DNA from: Macrostomum lignano
Lineage: Eukaryota
NCBI GenBank assembly: GCA_002269645.1
Contig: NIVC01003666.1
Location: 1 to 64,000 of the forward strand
Direction of reading: 5' to 3'
Length of the DNA: 64,000 nucleotides
Shown here: positions 1 through 15,653 of the stretch, in pieces
Layout: each line of letters opens with the position of its first letter
Numbering within the stretch: the first letter of the stretch is position 1
Translations under genes and position numbers: made by a program
Notes under the pieces: generated by a model
The model's input: only the letters and a program-made list of their open reading frames with translations
Told to the model about the DNA's origin: nothing
Database searches by the model: none

Positions 1-12
1 TATCTTATGTCA

Positions 13-2784
<2,772 letters not shown>

Positions 2785-3342
2785 GAGTTTCTGCCAATTC
2801 CGAGGATCTCAGGCTCAGATTGACAGCCCAACTCTAATTTTTTTCGTTTATTGTGTTTCATTTAAACTTTTATTTTAGCGAAATTTAACTTTTCTCATTC
2901 TATTCCTTCGAACCAATTTTGCTCGCGAGTTGAGTAGATAATTTGGTTTCGCGCGCAAAACTCTTTTGTTTATTACTGCTAAATTATTCGCACCCGGAAA
3001 TCCAACCCGGAAGAAACTTTGTTTCGTTTTGTAACAAATCTCTCCAGAGCAAGTTTTGCAAGCTTCGCTTTCGGCACAGCTCTTTCTACGAATCTACACG
3101 GTTTTTTCTCTAACGTTTTTGCTCTACTAATAGTAGTATGACGAAGAAGATAAAATATAATTCACTTTGAAACAACTATTAGATTTAATTGGAGTTTTTT
3201 TCGAAGATTTTTATTTGATTAACTACTGAATGTTTGACTTGTTATAAATGTATCGTAGATTAGCTCCGTTTTGGCGCCAGTTCGAATTTGAAGCGATATT
3301 GGGCAGTGATAGATTGGTGTTGAGTAGTTAGCTTTCAGGTCT

Positions 3343-6300
3343 TCATGCATGTCCCTCTCCCGGGCTTTTCTGCTCCTGCTTCTCGGCCTTTGGCTTTTGC
3401 CCATTCGGCTTCCCCAATTTGTTTCCTTTATTGTCTTTCGCGGCTGCCCGTTGTAGCCGCTTCTTGTTGGCCGACACCTTCACCAGCCGGGTCTCCATCT
3501 TCGCCAGCACCAGTCGCCTTTCCTGCTCCTCCTTCTCCCTGAGCTGCTCCCGCTGCTCCCTCATTGTCGCCAGCTCCCAGCAGGCCTCTTCCAGCTGGCG
3601 CTGGCTCCACTGCTCCAGCGCCTCCGCGTCCTCCCGCTTCGCCGCCCGACGCCGCCTCGCCTTCTCCTGGGCGATCGCCGCCCGACGCAGCATCACCGCG
3701 GCCTCTTTCTCCGCCTCCTCCTTGGCCGCCTGTCGCTGCTTCTGCATCCCGGCTGCTATGCTGCTTCCGGCCAGCCGGCTGGCAATGATTTTGGAGCGAA
3801 GGATCCGCCACAGGCACCAGCCCACCAGCACAGGTGTGAGCAGGCAGTAGCCCATTGTGCAACTCAGCAGGCCGAAATTTCGCATGTAGCTGCTCAGACT
3901 GTCGGCCAGCACCAGCTCCAATTCGTGGGCGGAGAATTTGCCGAATTCCTCGATTGCTAGGTAGTCCAGTCGGCTGTAGCCAGTGACCTCACGGTGCGTT
4001 ACGTTGCCGCGGTACCGGCTGCAGGCTGCGGGCGGCACGTTCTCTTTCTTTCTTTCTTTCTCTCTCTTTCGTTCGAGTCCTTGGAGCCCACGCCCAAGCC
4101 TCGTCGGAGCCCCACTCCTGAAACTTGGGAGCCCCCTCCCCCACTCCCGGCCAATAGAGCCCCTTCCCTACTCCCGGCCCTTGGAGCCCTCTCCCCACTC
4201 CCGGCCCTTGGAGCCCTCTCCCCACTCCCGGCCCTTGGAGCCCTCTCCCCACTCCCGGCCCTTGAAGCCCTCTCCCCACTCCCGGCCCTTGGAGCCCTCT
4301 CTCCACTCCCGGCCCTTGAAGCCCTCTCCCCACTCCCGGCCCTTGAAGCCCTCTCCCCACTCCCGGCCCTTGGAGCCCTCTCCCCACTCCCGGCCCTTGG
4401 AGCCCTCTCCCCACTCCCGGCCCTTGGAGCCCTCTCCCCACTCCCGGCCCTTGAAGCCCTCTCCCCACTCCCGGCCCTTGGAGCCCTCTCCCCACTCCCG
4501 GCCCTTGGAGCCCTCTCCCCACTCCCGGCCCTTGGAGCCCTCTCCCCACTCCCGGCCCTTGGAGCACCCTTCCCCACTCCCGGCCCATAGAGCCCTCTCC
4601 CCACTCCCGGCCCTTGGAGCACCCTCCCCCACTCCCGGCCCATAGAGCCCTTCCCCACTCCCGGCCCTTGAAGCCCTCTCCCCACTCCCGGCCCTTGAAG
4701 CACCCTGTCCTACCCCCGGGCCATAAGGCCCCCTCCCCCTCCTGACCCTTGGAGCCCCCTCCCCCTCCTGACACTTGGAGCCCCTCCCCCTCCTGACCCT
4801 TGGAGCCCCCTTCCCACTTCCGGCTCGTGGAGCCCCCACTCCCGGCCCATAGAGCCCCTTCCCTACTCCCGGCCCTTGGAGCCCTCTCCCCACTCCCGGC
4901 CCTTGAAGCACCCTGTCCTACCCCCGGGCCATAAGGCCCCCTCCCCCTCCTGACCCTTGGAGCCCCTCCCCCTCCTGACACTTGGAGCCCCCTCCCCCTC
5001 CTGACCCTTGGAGCCCCCTCCCCCTCCTGACACTTGGAGCCCCCTCCCCCTCCTGACACTTGGAGCCCCCTCCCCTCCTGACCCTTGGAGCCCCCTTCCC
5101 ACTTCCGGCTCGTGGAGCCCCCACTCCCGACCCTTAGAGCCCGCTTCCGACCCTTGGGGTTTGAAGTTCCCCTTTTGCAGAATCTCTAGAAAAAAACTAC
5201 AGACTCATCTATAGACCAGATCTCATAGACCTAGCTCATCCAGTCTCACCCATCGTGTCCCAGTTGTTCATCTGTCCTGGGCAGAGAAATCGAATCTCCC
5301 TTTTCGGGCCCTCGCAGTGCTGCGCAAATCCTTTGGATTCGCATCGTCTAATTCGAACTTGCATTGGCGATTCCATGCAGGCGAGCGCTTTGTCTGGCAG
5401 GATGCACTTGCTCCAGTCCTCCCAGCTGCTCCAGCTAGGCGGGTCGGGAGGGTATTCGCACCTGGGACCGGAGTAGCCGTGCCGGCATTTGCCTTGAGTG
5501 AGTGTTGAGTTCTTACTGTCAATTGTGGGCGCTTGGTACATCCGTATATTTTTCTACGGCATTTGGATTTCTAACCCAATCTCTTCACCTTCTCTGAATC
5601 TCTCCATCTCTCTGAATCTCACCCCCTCTCTAAATCTCCCCTCTCTGAATCTCTCTCCCACTCTCTGAATCTCTCTCCCACTCTCTGAATCTCTCTCCCC
5701 TCTCTGAATCTCTCCCCTCTCTGGATCTCTCCCCTCTCTGAATCTCTCCCCTCTCTGGATCTCTCCCCTCTCTGAATCTCTCCCCTCTCTGGATCTCTCC
5801 CTCTCTGAATCTCTCCCCTCTCTGGATCTCTCCCCTCTCTGGATCTCTCCCCTCTCTGAATCTCTCCCCTCTGTGAATCTCTCCCCTCTCTGAATCTCTC
5901 CCCTCTCTGAATCAATCTCTCCCCTCTCTGGATCTCTCCCCGCTCTGAATCTCTCCCCGCTCTGAATCTCCCCTCTCTGAATCTCTTTCCTCGCTCGTTG
6001 AATCTCTCCCCCTCTCCAAGTCTCAAAGCATTTCAACACAAGCCAGTGTGCTAAGAGAAAAATACACCGCAAATGAATGAAAACGCAAAGCCGCTCACAG
6101 ATGAAGCCGGGATTATGATTCTCGCATTCGCCGTCGTTTTTACACAACGGATTTAGTTCGGGATTTCGTTCGCTGCACTCGTTGATGTCGCGGCAGCGCG
6201 GATCCTTCTCGGAGATGCGGACGTGCGTCTCCGGCGGGCAGATGCAGGTGAAGCCGTGCTCAACGTCAGGATCGCGCTGGCAGATGTGATCGCCGCATGT

Positions 6301-9300
6301 GCTGGTGGATGCCTGGTTCTGGCAGACGTCATTCTCCTGTACGGAAGAAGTCGGCTAATTGCAAGTCATAGTTCTCGCATCCTGACAGCAAACCATAGAC
6401 TTGCTAGACCAGTCGATGGTTCCAAGAGCCCAAGGCTTAGAAGAAGTCATTTTCTCCTCTCTGAACCTCACCCCTTCTCTCCCCCTCTCTGAACATCACC
6501 CCTTCTCTCCCTCTCTCTGAACATCACCCCTTCTCTCTCCCCCTCTCTGAACCTCACCCCTTCTCTCTCCTCCTCTCTGAACCTCACCCCTTCTCTCTCC
6601 CCCTCTCTGAACCTCACCCCTTCTCTCCCCCTCCTCTCTGAACCTCACCCCTTCTCTCTCCCCTCTCTGAACCTCACCCCTTCTCTCCCCCTCTCTGAAC
6701 CTCACCCCTTCTCTCCCCCTCTCTGAACATCACCCCTTCTCTCTCCCCCTCTCTGAACCTCTCCCTTTCTCTCTCCCCCTCTCTGAACCTCACCCCTTCT
6801 CTCCCCTTCTCTCCCCCTCTCTGAACCTCACCCCTTCTCTCCCCTTCTCTCTCCCTCTCTGAACCTCACCCCTTCTCTCTCCCCCTCTCTGAACCTCACC
6901 CCTTCTCTCTGAACTGCTAACTCTCTCTCTCCCTCTCTGAATCTCACCCCTTCTCTCTCTCTCTCCATCTCTGAACCTCACCCCTTCTCTCTCTCCCTCT
7001 CTGAATCTCACCCCTTCTCTCTCTCTCCATCTCTGAATCTCACCCCTTCTCTCTCTCTCCCTCTCTGAATCTCACCCCTTCTCTCTCTCTCCATCTCTGA
7101 ACCTCACCCCCTCTGTCTCCACCTCTCTGAACTGCTAACTCTCTCTCCCCCTCTGTCTCTACCTCTCTGAACTGCTAACTCTCTCTCCCCTCTGTCTCTA
7201 CCTCTCTGAACTGCTAACTCTCTCTCTCCCCCCTCTCTGAACCTCACCCCTTTCTCTCCCTCACTTTGAACTTTTCTCCTTCTCTTTCCCTCTCTCTGAA
7301 TCTCTACCCCTCTCCGAAGAATGGAAAGTTAACAACTGTCAACAATTAATGCCTTCTGACTCTCTAACGCTCTAGCTGTCAATCAGTGAGTCTCTGTGAT
7401 ATGGTTGCGAGTTGTTTACTTCTAGAATTGAATTTCATCACGGATATATCAATGGCATTCAAATAATGGCAATGGCTGGCGTTGGCATCCAACTCGCATC
7501 GTATTAGATGTCGGATGCCATTTCGGGCACCGCTGTTCCAACGCTAAAATGCCAGAGGTGATACTCAAAAAGCCGCACAAAAAGACAAGCCTTCGCCATT
7601 GCCTCTCACCAGTTCGCACCGTTCGCCCCTCCACGCGGCCGAGCAGGTGCATAAAATCACGATCTCTTCGCTCGCCACTCCCAGCGCGTTTCGATTGGTC
7701 GATTTGCGCACGCTAGCCTGGCAGATGCCGCCGTTCAGGCAGACATTTTGTTCGTGACAGTAGCCCAGCAGCCGCTTCTGGCACGACTCCCGCTCGGGGT
7801 CCCAATGAAAGCCCAGTGCGCAGATGCAGTTGCGCTTTGCCACCAGCTGCTTTTGCAGCTCCACAAGGCGTCTGGAAGAGAGTCATTGGATGGGAAAATG
7901 CAAAAGAAGTCGTCAACGATCAAACACAAGCATCACTTTCATCCGAAAGACATGCGAAAGCTTTGCTTGCTCAGAATAACTTAGCATTGAGGATGTGAAA
8001 AATCTCAAATATTCAGTATCGACGGCTTAAACAACTGAAAATTTCGGATTGAGAATGAGAGGGACTGAGGATGAGAGGGACTGAGGATGAGAGGGACTGA
8101 GGATGAGAGGGATTGAGGATGAGAGGGATTGAGGATGAGAGGGATAGAGGATGCGAGGGACTGAGGATGAGAGGGACTGAGGATGAGAGGGACTGAGGAT
8201 GAGAGGGATTGAGGATGAGAGGGACTGAGGATGAGAGGGACTGAGGATGAGAGGGACTGAGGATGAGAGGGATTGAGGATGAGAGGGACTGAGGATGAGA
8301 GGGACTGAGGATGAGAGGGACTGAGGATGAGAGGGATTGAGGATGAGAGGGATTGAGGATGAGAGGGATTGAGGATGAGAGGGATAGAGGATGAGAGGGA
8401 TTGAGGATGAGAGGGACTGAGGATGTGAGAGACTGAGGATGCGAGGGACTGAGGATGAGAGGGATTGAGGATGAGAGGGACTGAGGATGAGAGGGATTGA
8501 GGATGTGAGGGACTGAGGATGAGAGGGACTGATGATGAGAGGGATAGAGGATGCGAGGGACTGATGATGAGAGGGATAGAGGATGCGAGGGACTGAGGAT
8601 GTGAGGGATTGAGGATGAGAGGGACTGAGGATGAGAGGGATTGAGGATGAGAGGGACTGAGGATGAGAGGGACTGAGGATGAGAGGGACTGAGGATGAGA
8701 GGGATTGAGGATGAGAGGGATAGAGGATGAGAGGGATTGAGGATGAGAGGGACTGAGGATGTGAGAGACTGAGGATGCGAGGGACTGAGGATGAGAGGGA
8801 TGGGGATGTGAGGGATAGAGGATGAGAGGGATAGAGGATGCGAGGGACTGATGATGAGAGGGATTGAGGATGCGAGGGACTGAGGATGAGAGGGATTGAG
8901 GATGCGAGGGACTGAGGATGAGAGGGATTGAGGATGAGAGGGATTGAGGATGAGAGGGACTGAGGATGAGAGGGATTGAGGATGAGAGGGATTGAGGATG
9001 CGAGGGATTGAGGATGTGAGGGACTGAGGATGTGAGGGATTGAGGATGAGAGGGACTGAGGATGAGAGGGATGGGATGAGAGGGATTGAGGATGAGAGGG
9101 ACTGAGGATGAGAGGGACTGAGGATGAGAGGGACTGAGGATGCGAGGGATTCTGAGACTCACAGGTGGAGCACAGCCCGAAACCGGAAGCAATGGTTCCT
9201 CTTGTGCACCGCCTCATCGTCGCGAAGGCATCCAGAGGCAAGGAATTTGACTTGCAACATCGCATACTGGTCGTCAATTGTCACCGGCTTCTCGTCCGGA

Positions 9301-10667
9301 TCGTTCGCGAGCAGCTCTTTGATGATGAAGAGCACCAGCTTGTGGCTGCGCAGATTCTCATCGAAGATCTCCATGGGGATTCGCTTTTCCACAGGCAGTG
9401 TGCTGTGCCATTCGCGAAAGTCATCGATTTCTCGCGCGAAGGCCTGATATGTGATCTTGTCAACTTCCGCTTTTCGAAATGGGTGGTACTGAAGTTCGAC
9501 CTCCAGCTCCGTGAAGCAGTTCACGTCCACGCCCAGCTTGATGTTCGCCACGTTTGAGCAGTTTCTGGGAGAAATGGGGATTAGCGACTACGGCTACTGC
9601 TACAGTTACTATGGCTACTGTACCATGATTACTAGGACTACTATGACTACTATGACTACTATGACTACTATGACTACTATGACTACTATGACTACTATGA
9701 CTACTATGAATACTATGACTACTATGAATACTATGACTACTGACTATTATGACTACTATGACTACTATGAATACTATGACTACTGACTATTATGACTACT
9801 ATGACTACTATGACGACTATGACTACTATGAATACTATGACTACTATGAATACTATGACTACTGACTATTATGACTACTATGACTACTATGAATACTATG
9901 ACTACTATGAATACTATGACTACTATGACTACTATGATTATTATGATTACTATGACTACTTTGACTACTATCACTACTATCACTACACACTAACTACTGT
10001 GTCTTACGTGACAACGGCTTCGTCAGCCAGGCAGTTAGACGGGCAGCTTTCTTTCATTTGATTTACGGCACACAGTCCCAGTCTGTACACCAGATCGATA
10101 AGGTCAACGAGCTTTTTCTCTTCCTCCAGCACATTGGTGACAATAGTATCGTACAAGTTCCGTTCCGAGTGAAACTTGTAGACGCCGCACAACAGAATGT
10201 TCCACGGCGTAATGTACATCACGGATTCCGGCTTCTCCCTGTCAAGGCTGACTTTGTCAACCAGCAGGATGGCACCCAGCAATGCCTGGAGGTAGATTTG
10301 GTAGCTGATGAAGCCACTACCTTGGTGACTGCATTTGTTTACAGCTACGGCTTACCTGAACGCCGCTATTGCGAAAAATCCACTTCGGCAACAAGTTGTC
10401 GGTGCGCAGATTTGCTTTCGAATCCGTGTAGTCAACCCAGTCCTCCTGTTCATCGAATTTGAACATGGCGCTCAGCTTGCCCGAACTAAGCTCGGACACC
10501 TCCCTTCTGTGGCCGTTCTCGCCTCTGGCCGTGTGCGGCGCCCATCGGCACTGACGAAGATGGATGTAGATTGAATTTGAAGCTAAGAAATCTGACTGAC
10601 CATTTACCGGAGCCGGCGTCACTGCTAGCAGTAATGAAACAGTCGAAACAGCCACGACAGTCAACAT
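3343..10667 (-). CDS. Type I membrane protein, ~805 aa: signal peptide, ~330-aa unrecognised N-terminal region, ~4 EGF-like repeats, TSP1 repeat, one TM helix, basic coiled-coil tail (exons 10667-10356, 10285-10008, 9564-9163, 7871-7610, 6336-6099, 5492-5250, 4025-3343)
   Basis: All six introns are GT-AG with consistent phases (0,2,2,0,1,1), giving an open 2418-nt CDS. It begins MLTVVAVSTVSLLLAVTPAPVNG. EGF motifs: CHEQNVCLNGGIC..CTCSAAWRGERC and DINEC...CKNDGECENHNPGFICKCRHGYSGPRC. TSP1 motif: WSSWEDWSKC...QVRIRRC. TM segment: GLLSCTMGYCLLTPVLVGWCLW. Confidence 0.88.
4125..5145. repeat. 27-bp C-rich minisatellite CCCCACTCCCGGCCCTTGGAGCCCTCT plus derived units
   Basis: Tandem units; 9-aa periodicity in the spurious ORFs. 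Confidence 0.95.
5590..6010. repeat. ~18-20-bp minisatellite CTCTCTGAATCTCTCCC
   Basis: Direct reading. Confidence 0.9.
6450..7300. repeat. ~30-bp minisatellite CTCTCTGAACCTCACCCCTTCTCTC
   Basis: Direct reading; related to the 5590-6010 array. Confidence 0.9.
8052..9147. repeat. 16-bp minisatellite GAGGATGAGAGGGACT
   Basis: Direct reading. Confidence 0.95.
9625..9990. repeat. 9-bp repeat GACTACTAT
   Basis: Direct reading. Confidence 0.95.
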
Positions 10668-11615
10668 GCTGTAAATTGTGGAGAGCTACATGTACTTTTC
10701 AATGATTTTCTATAAGTTAAACTAACCAAAGGACGAATTAAACTTTAACAAAATGATTTTTAATAGATTCGAAAGTTCGAATGCAATTAAACTATGAGAT
10801 GCAGAAGTGGATTATGTAACGCGTATTAGACTATAACCTCCTAACCACAGACAAAATTTGGGGATTTTCGTGCCTTTCCGTTCCTTTTTTATTCACCACA
10901 ACGAGAATTCGCATGTCGTAGCCCAAAGAGCTACATGTAAGACTGAGAGCCAATAGAGCCATGCAGTCATCCATGGAGCTATTGTATTAAAGCTGGAGCC
11001 AAAAAATCCCAAAGCCTCGGTCTTCTACTTTTCGACCATAGATAACTGCAACAGAAATCTCCACTATTTCAATTCTGAAACTGACAGACAGTCTGTAACT
11101 AAAAATAGATTACATGCCAGCTGGTTTTTACATAATATAAATTAAGATTGATACTATAAAATACATGTACGAGAAAAAATGTAATTTTCTAATGTATAGA
11201 AGCACAAGTTGGCGATTCAAAATGAAAGTAACTAGCTGTTTATAAACGTGCAACGGATAATTTAGTCTAATGTTATTTGCAGTCGCTTTTTATGGTCAAA
11301 ACGTACGTAAAAGCCCGAAGTACTTGGGATTTTTGCTTCGCAGCTACAGCTGCATTGGCTTTTCTAGTTGGCTCAGTACGATTTCTTTGTGGTATCCTTA
11401 AATAATTGTGTGTATTTTCCTTATTTGTTATTGCTAATGCTAGTCCTATGCTTAGCATCCCAGCTTTCGGGCAAAGAAAATGACTGTGAGGACAAAAAGC
11501 CGATGAGAATGCATATATACATTTGAAATTTAAAGATGTTCAATGATTTCCAGGTATATATAAAACATGTAGATAGTGCATGGTATAACTGTGATTTATT
11601 GATAGCACCACATCC

Positions 11616-12489
11616 CATTGGCGTAGGAACAGGGGTAAAAGTGGGGGACAGTAATGGTAATCTGGCCCCTCCACATTTTAAATGCAAAATGTAGACTTTT
11701 CATTTCTTTTTTACTCTTATTTTTGGTTTTTGCTGCTTTGCATGAATGCATTTTGCTGCAGGGCGACGAAACATAGCGCCTGCAGCGCTTAATGAGTACC
11801 TGCGCTGCCAAAATGAGTGCATGCGCTGCCAAAATGAGTGCCTGCGCTGCCAAAATGAGTGCCTGCGCTGCCAAAATGAGTGCCTGCGCTGCCAAAATGA
11901 GTGCCTGCGCTGCCAAAATGAATGCCTGCGCTGCCAAAATGAGTGCCTGCGCTGCCAAAATGAATGCCTGCGCTGCCAAAATGAATGCCTGCGCTGCCAA
12001 AATGAGTGCCTGCGCTGCCAAAATGAGTGCCTGCGCTGCCAAAATGAATGCCTGCGCTGCCAAAATGAATGCCTGCGCTGCCAAAATGAATGCCTGCGCT
12101 GCCAAAATGAGTGCCTGCGCTGCCAAAATGAGTGCCTGCGCTGCCAAAAGGAGTGCCTGCGCTGCCAAAATGAATGCCTGCAGCGCTAAAATGAATGCCT
12201 GCAGCGCTAAAATGAGTGCGTGCGGCGCTAAAATGAGTGCCTGCGCCGGAAAAAATGACTGTCTGCGGCGCTAAATTGAATGCCGGCGGCGCTAAAATGA
12301 TTGCCAGCGGCGCCAGAATGAGTGCTGACAACACCGATTCTGAAAACAATCGGTACATGATAATGTGCATTTCCCATATAAAAAATAAAAAATCTAACTC
12401 GACAGGCCGGGGCGTGCGCCCCCCATCCTCCCTAAATCCGCAACTGAACCTGCACACTCACTACCTTTTGAAACGTTCCTACGCCTATG
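11616..12489. mobile_element. Non-autonomous TIR element (hAT-like MITE) containing a 21-bp tandem array
   Basis: 15-bp TIRs CATTGGCGTAGGAAC / GTTCCTACGCCTATG (1 mismatch). The 8-bp flanks CCACATCC / CAATATCC are a degenerate TSD. Confidence 0.6.
11790..12240. repeat. 21-bp minisatellite GCGCTGCCAAAATGAGTGCCT inside a MITE
   Basis: Direct reading; 7-aa periodic ORFs. Confidence 0.95.
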
Positions 12490-13959
12490 CAATATCCTAT
12501 TTTCAGTTTAATTTTGCATGTACATGTTCAAGTACTAAATTTTACAGCATTGCAAGCACTCGACGCGCACGGTTCTACACAGTAGTACAATTCATGAATT
12601 TTAACTCGAACTTTAAACTGATAGTTTAATATATAATTAAAACAAAAGAACTAGAATCATAAGATATTGCATAGTTTATACATCCTTATTAGTTTTTAGA
12701 AACAAAAAATATACATAAAATAAGACACAATATTACTTTTTTTATAGTGTAAACAACTTGTCAAATTTGAAAGCATTTATCAACTAGGTTTTTAGCTCGT
12801 ACGTGGTATCGAAATCATCAAATGCTCTCCAGTCACCACGTCCACAGGCCACACAGCACACTTAAAAAGTAGATATAATGTCGTTAACTGCCGCCTACTT
12901 ACGTGGAATTAACGTTAATACCAGGCTACTTCTAAACATTCTATCGTAATTAGTATTCAGGCAGTAATTAAAAACTAATTTAATTTTCCCACTGTATCAT
13001 TCCGTTCATTCCATGGTCAGGAAGGTGCAGCGTGTGCGCCGGAATAACATCCATCAAAATTTTTGTTGTGCGCCGCGTGCGCCGAGAAAAAAAAATTACT
13101 TGTGCGCGCCATGCGCCGAGAAAAATACACTTAAAAAAGCACCATCAAGTATTAAGTATCTAAATTGAATCAATATTAATGGAAGTTCAAGCAGTTCAAT
13201 CATGGCTTCTATTTGCAAAATATAAGCAAAAAGACGCAACAAAAGCCGCGAAAGGTGCAAATTTGTTAAGTTTGTTAAGTCGATTAATGAAATTTGAAAA
13301 AGAAACAACATTGGAAATAACGACTATCGTATCGACTATCGTTTATTTTATTGATTGATTGACATTTAATATACGTTTTTTTATTATTCATTATTATATT
13401 GTCACGTACACTGACGTACCTTGTGCGCCATGCGCCGAGCCATGCACCGATGCACCGAGCCATGCGCCGAGCCCATGCGCGCGGCGCAGTGAAGTGTGCG
13501 CCGTGCGCCGGCAAATTGCTGATTTGCGCCGGAAAATTCCGAGGATTCTACCGTCTTCCTGGCTGTGGCGTTCATTTGCTGTCATGTCCATGTCATCTTC
13601 GTATGCAGATAGCCTGAGATAGGCCTATTCAAAAGGAAAGGATCGCCTGTAAATTAAAAGATAGGATTCGATAGACAGGTGATCGTACAGACGGTCTATT
13701 AATTTCTGAATATTTTTAGAAAACCCAGTGCATTTCGCTGATTTATTCGTGTATAAAACATCATATGATAGGCCCCTATTTTTACACATAGCATAGCTGC
13801 ATAGGCGGCTATGCTAGGCCAACGTTTAAGTTTTATTAATATCCTGTAAAATCTCATTGAAATAAATTTGCTGCTAACAAATTTTCTGTGTACAATATCA
13901 AACATTGCATTTGCCTAAGGTCTATGTATCAAGGTATTACATATCTATGATTTGATTTT

Positions 13960-14552
13960 GGCAGTGCTTATCCCCACGGTACCGTAGGAATAATTTCTGT
14001 CTTATTCCAACGGTACCGTGGGGATAATTTTCTGCTTATCCGCATGGCACATTGATGAGATAGCTGCCCCATCTTCTACATATGCCGTGGGAATAATTTT
14101 CTGCTTATCCGCATGGGTGAATTGTTGAAGCAATGCAATAATCTATACAAACAAATTGAGAATTTACATGTCTAGTAAGAAGTCTACAGAAGCAGCAGCA
14201 ATGGACTTTTCGGGGATGTTGGGATTAGACTAGTTGCTAAAAGTTCTTAAATTGTAAATAATTACTAGAGCAATTCATCTTAAATCATACGTCATAAATA
14301 TAAAAAAGTGTTTTTTTGCGTAAAAAGGCCATTAAATCTTTACTTTTATAAAAATAATGGCCAAGCAAAGTTATGTTGTTATACTGCACTCAAACCATAA
14401 GTACTAAACTAAATTATGAACCCACGGCATACGTAGAAGATGGGGCAGCTATCTCGTTAGTGTGCTATGCGGATAAGCAGAAAATTATCCCCACGGTACC
14501 GTTGGAATAAGACAGAAATTATTCCTACGGTACCGTGGGGATAAGCACTGCC
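13960..14552. mobile_element. Mutator-like (MULE) MITE with ~130-bp TIRs
   Basis: Long near-perfect inverted arms (13960-14091 and 14421-14552), ends GGCAGTG...CACTGCC, and a perfect 9-bp TSD TTTGATTTT at 13951-13959 and 14553-14561. Confidence 0.9.
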
Positions 14553-14886
14553 TTTGATTTTATACACAATATGTAACTTATTTTTTATATCATAAATGTT
14601 TTGCCATGCAATATAAAATGACAGTATAAAATCTAATGATTTACATTAGGTCAAATTGTCTTTATTCTTTAGTAGAACTAAAAGACTAGGCCTAGAACCT
14701 AATATGTTAGAATTGTTTTTTTAAGAATTAGATTAAGATGATTTTTGGCTGTGATAATCCAAAATATAATTTGTAAATTACAAATATTTTTTTGCAATTT
14801 TTAGACTCATTGATAGGTTTAGCATTATAGCTTTTCATAGAGACTGCTAAGATAATAGGTAGGACCAAGTTTTAAATCCCAACAAA

Positions 14887-15653
14887 TAGTGATGGATCAA
14901 AATTATTTTTCAAATCAAAATCAAAATTGAAATTTTTGGTTCCTTAGAATTGAAATCAAAATTAAAATCAAAATCAAAATTGAAATTGAAATTGAAATTG
15001 ACATTTTTTGAGCTTAACAAATTTTTACTTTTTCGCTAATCATGCAAAAAGGTCAACACCTTGCCTCTGCATGTATGAGCTTACATGTTTTATAAAAAGT
15101 ATCTTTGATATGTTTAAACCAGAATACTTAATATTTAACTTACTTTAAAAATACAAAATAGAAAATGCTGGTGTATTATGTATTAATACACTCATATATA
15201 GAAATATAGTAGAAGTTGTATTATACTTCACCGCTGTTTAAGCTAAAGATCTAGATACGAGTAGCCTATATCCATTTCATTAAGGCTTTAAGTCTTTAGC
15301 CAATTAAAATCCACGCTAATGAGTTCAGCCAATGGGCTTGTGGAGGTTGAGGTGGGTGCAGCACAAGGCCTGGAACAGTGTGTGCCCTACATAATCTTTT
15401 CTTGTATTCTAGAAAAGGCAATTCTCACCTCCCTACTGAGTCTTTAAACTGCGCTTCTTTTCACTTCCTATATATTTTATTACTCGTGTAGCATGATCAT
15501 CAATGTCTGAATTGTTAAAATATAACCAAAATTTTGAAATGATTTTTGATGAATGGTGTCAAAATTTGAAATTGAAATCGAAATTATTTTGATGCAAAAT
15601 TAGTTTCAAAATTCGGAATATCAAAATCAAAATCGAATTTCGATCCATCACTA
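14887..15653. mobile_element. hAT-type MITE
   Basis: TIRs TAGTGATGGATC / GATCCATCACTA, subterminal AAAATC/AAATTG repeats, and a perfect 8-bp TSD CCAACAAA at 14879-14886 and 15654-15661. Confidence 0.9.

Noticed and set aside
11746-12274. CLRCQNE / MSACAAK repeat ORFs
   Set aside because: A 21-bp array inside a MITE, not a gene.
13017-13561. Possible TIR element with TGCGCCG subterminal repeats
   Set aside because: Only a 7-bp end match (CAGGAAG) and no TSD.
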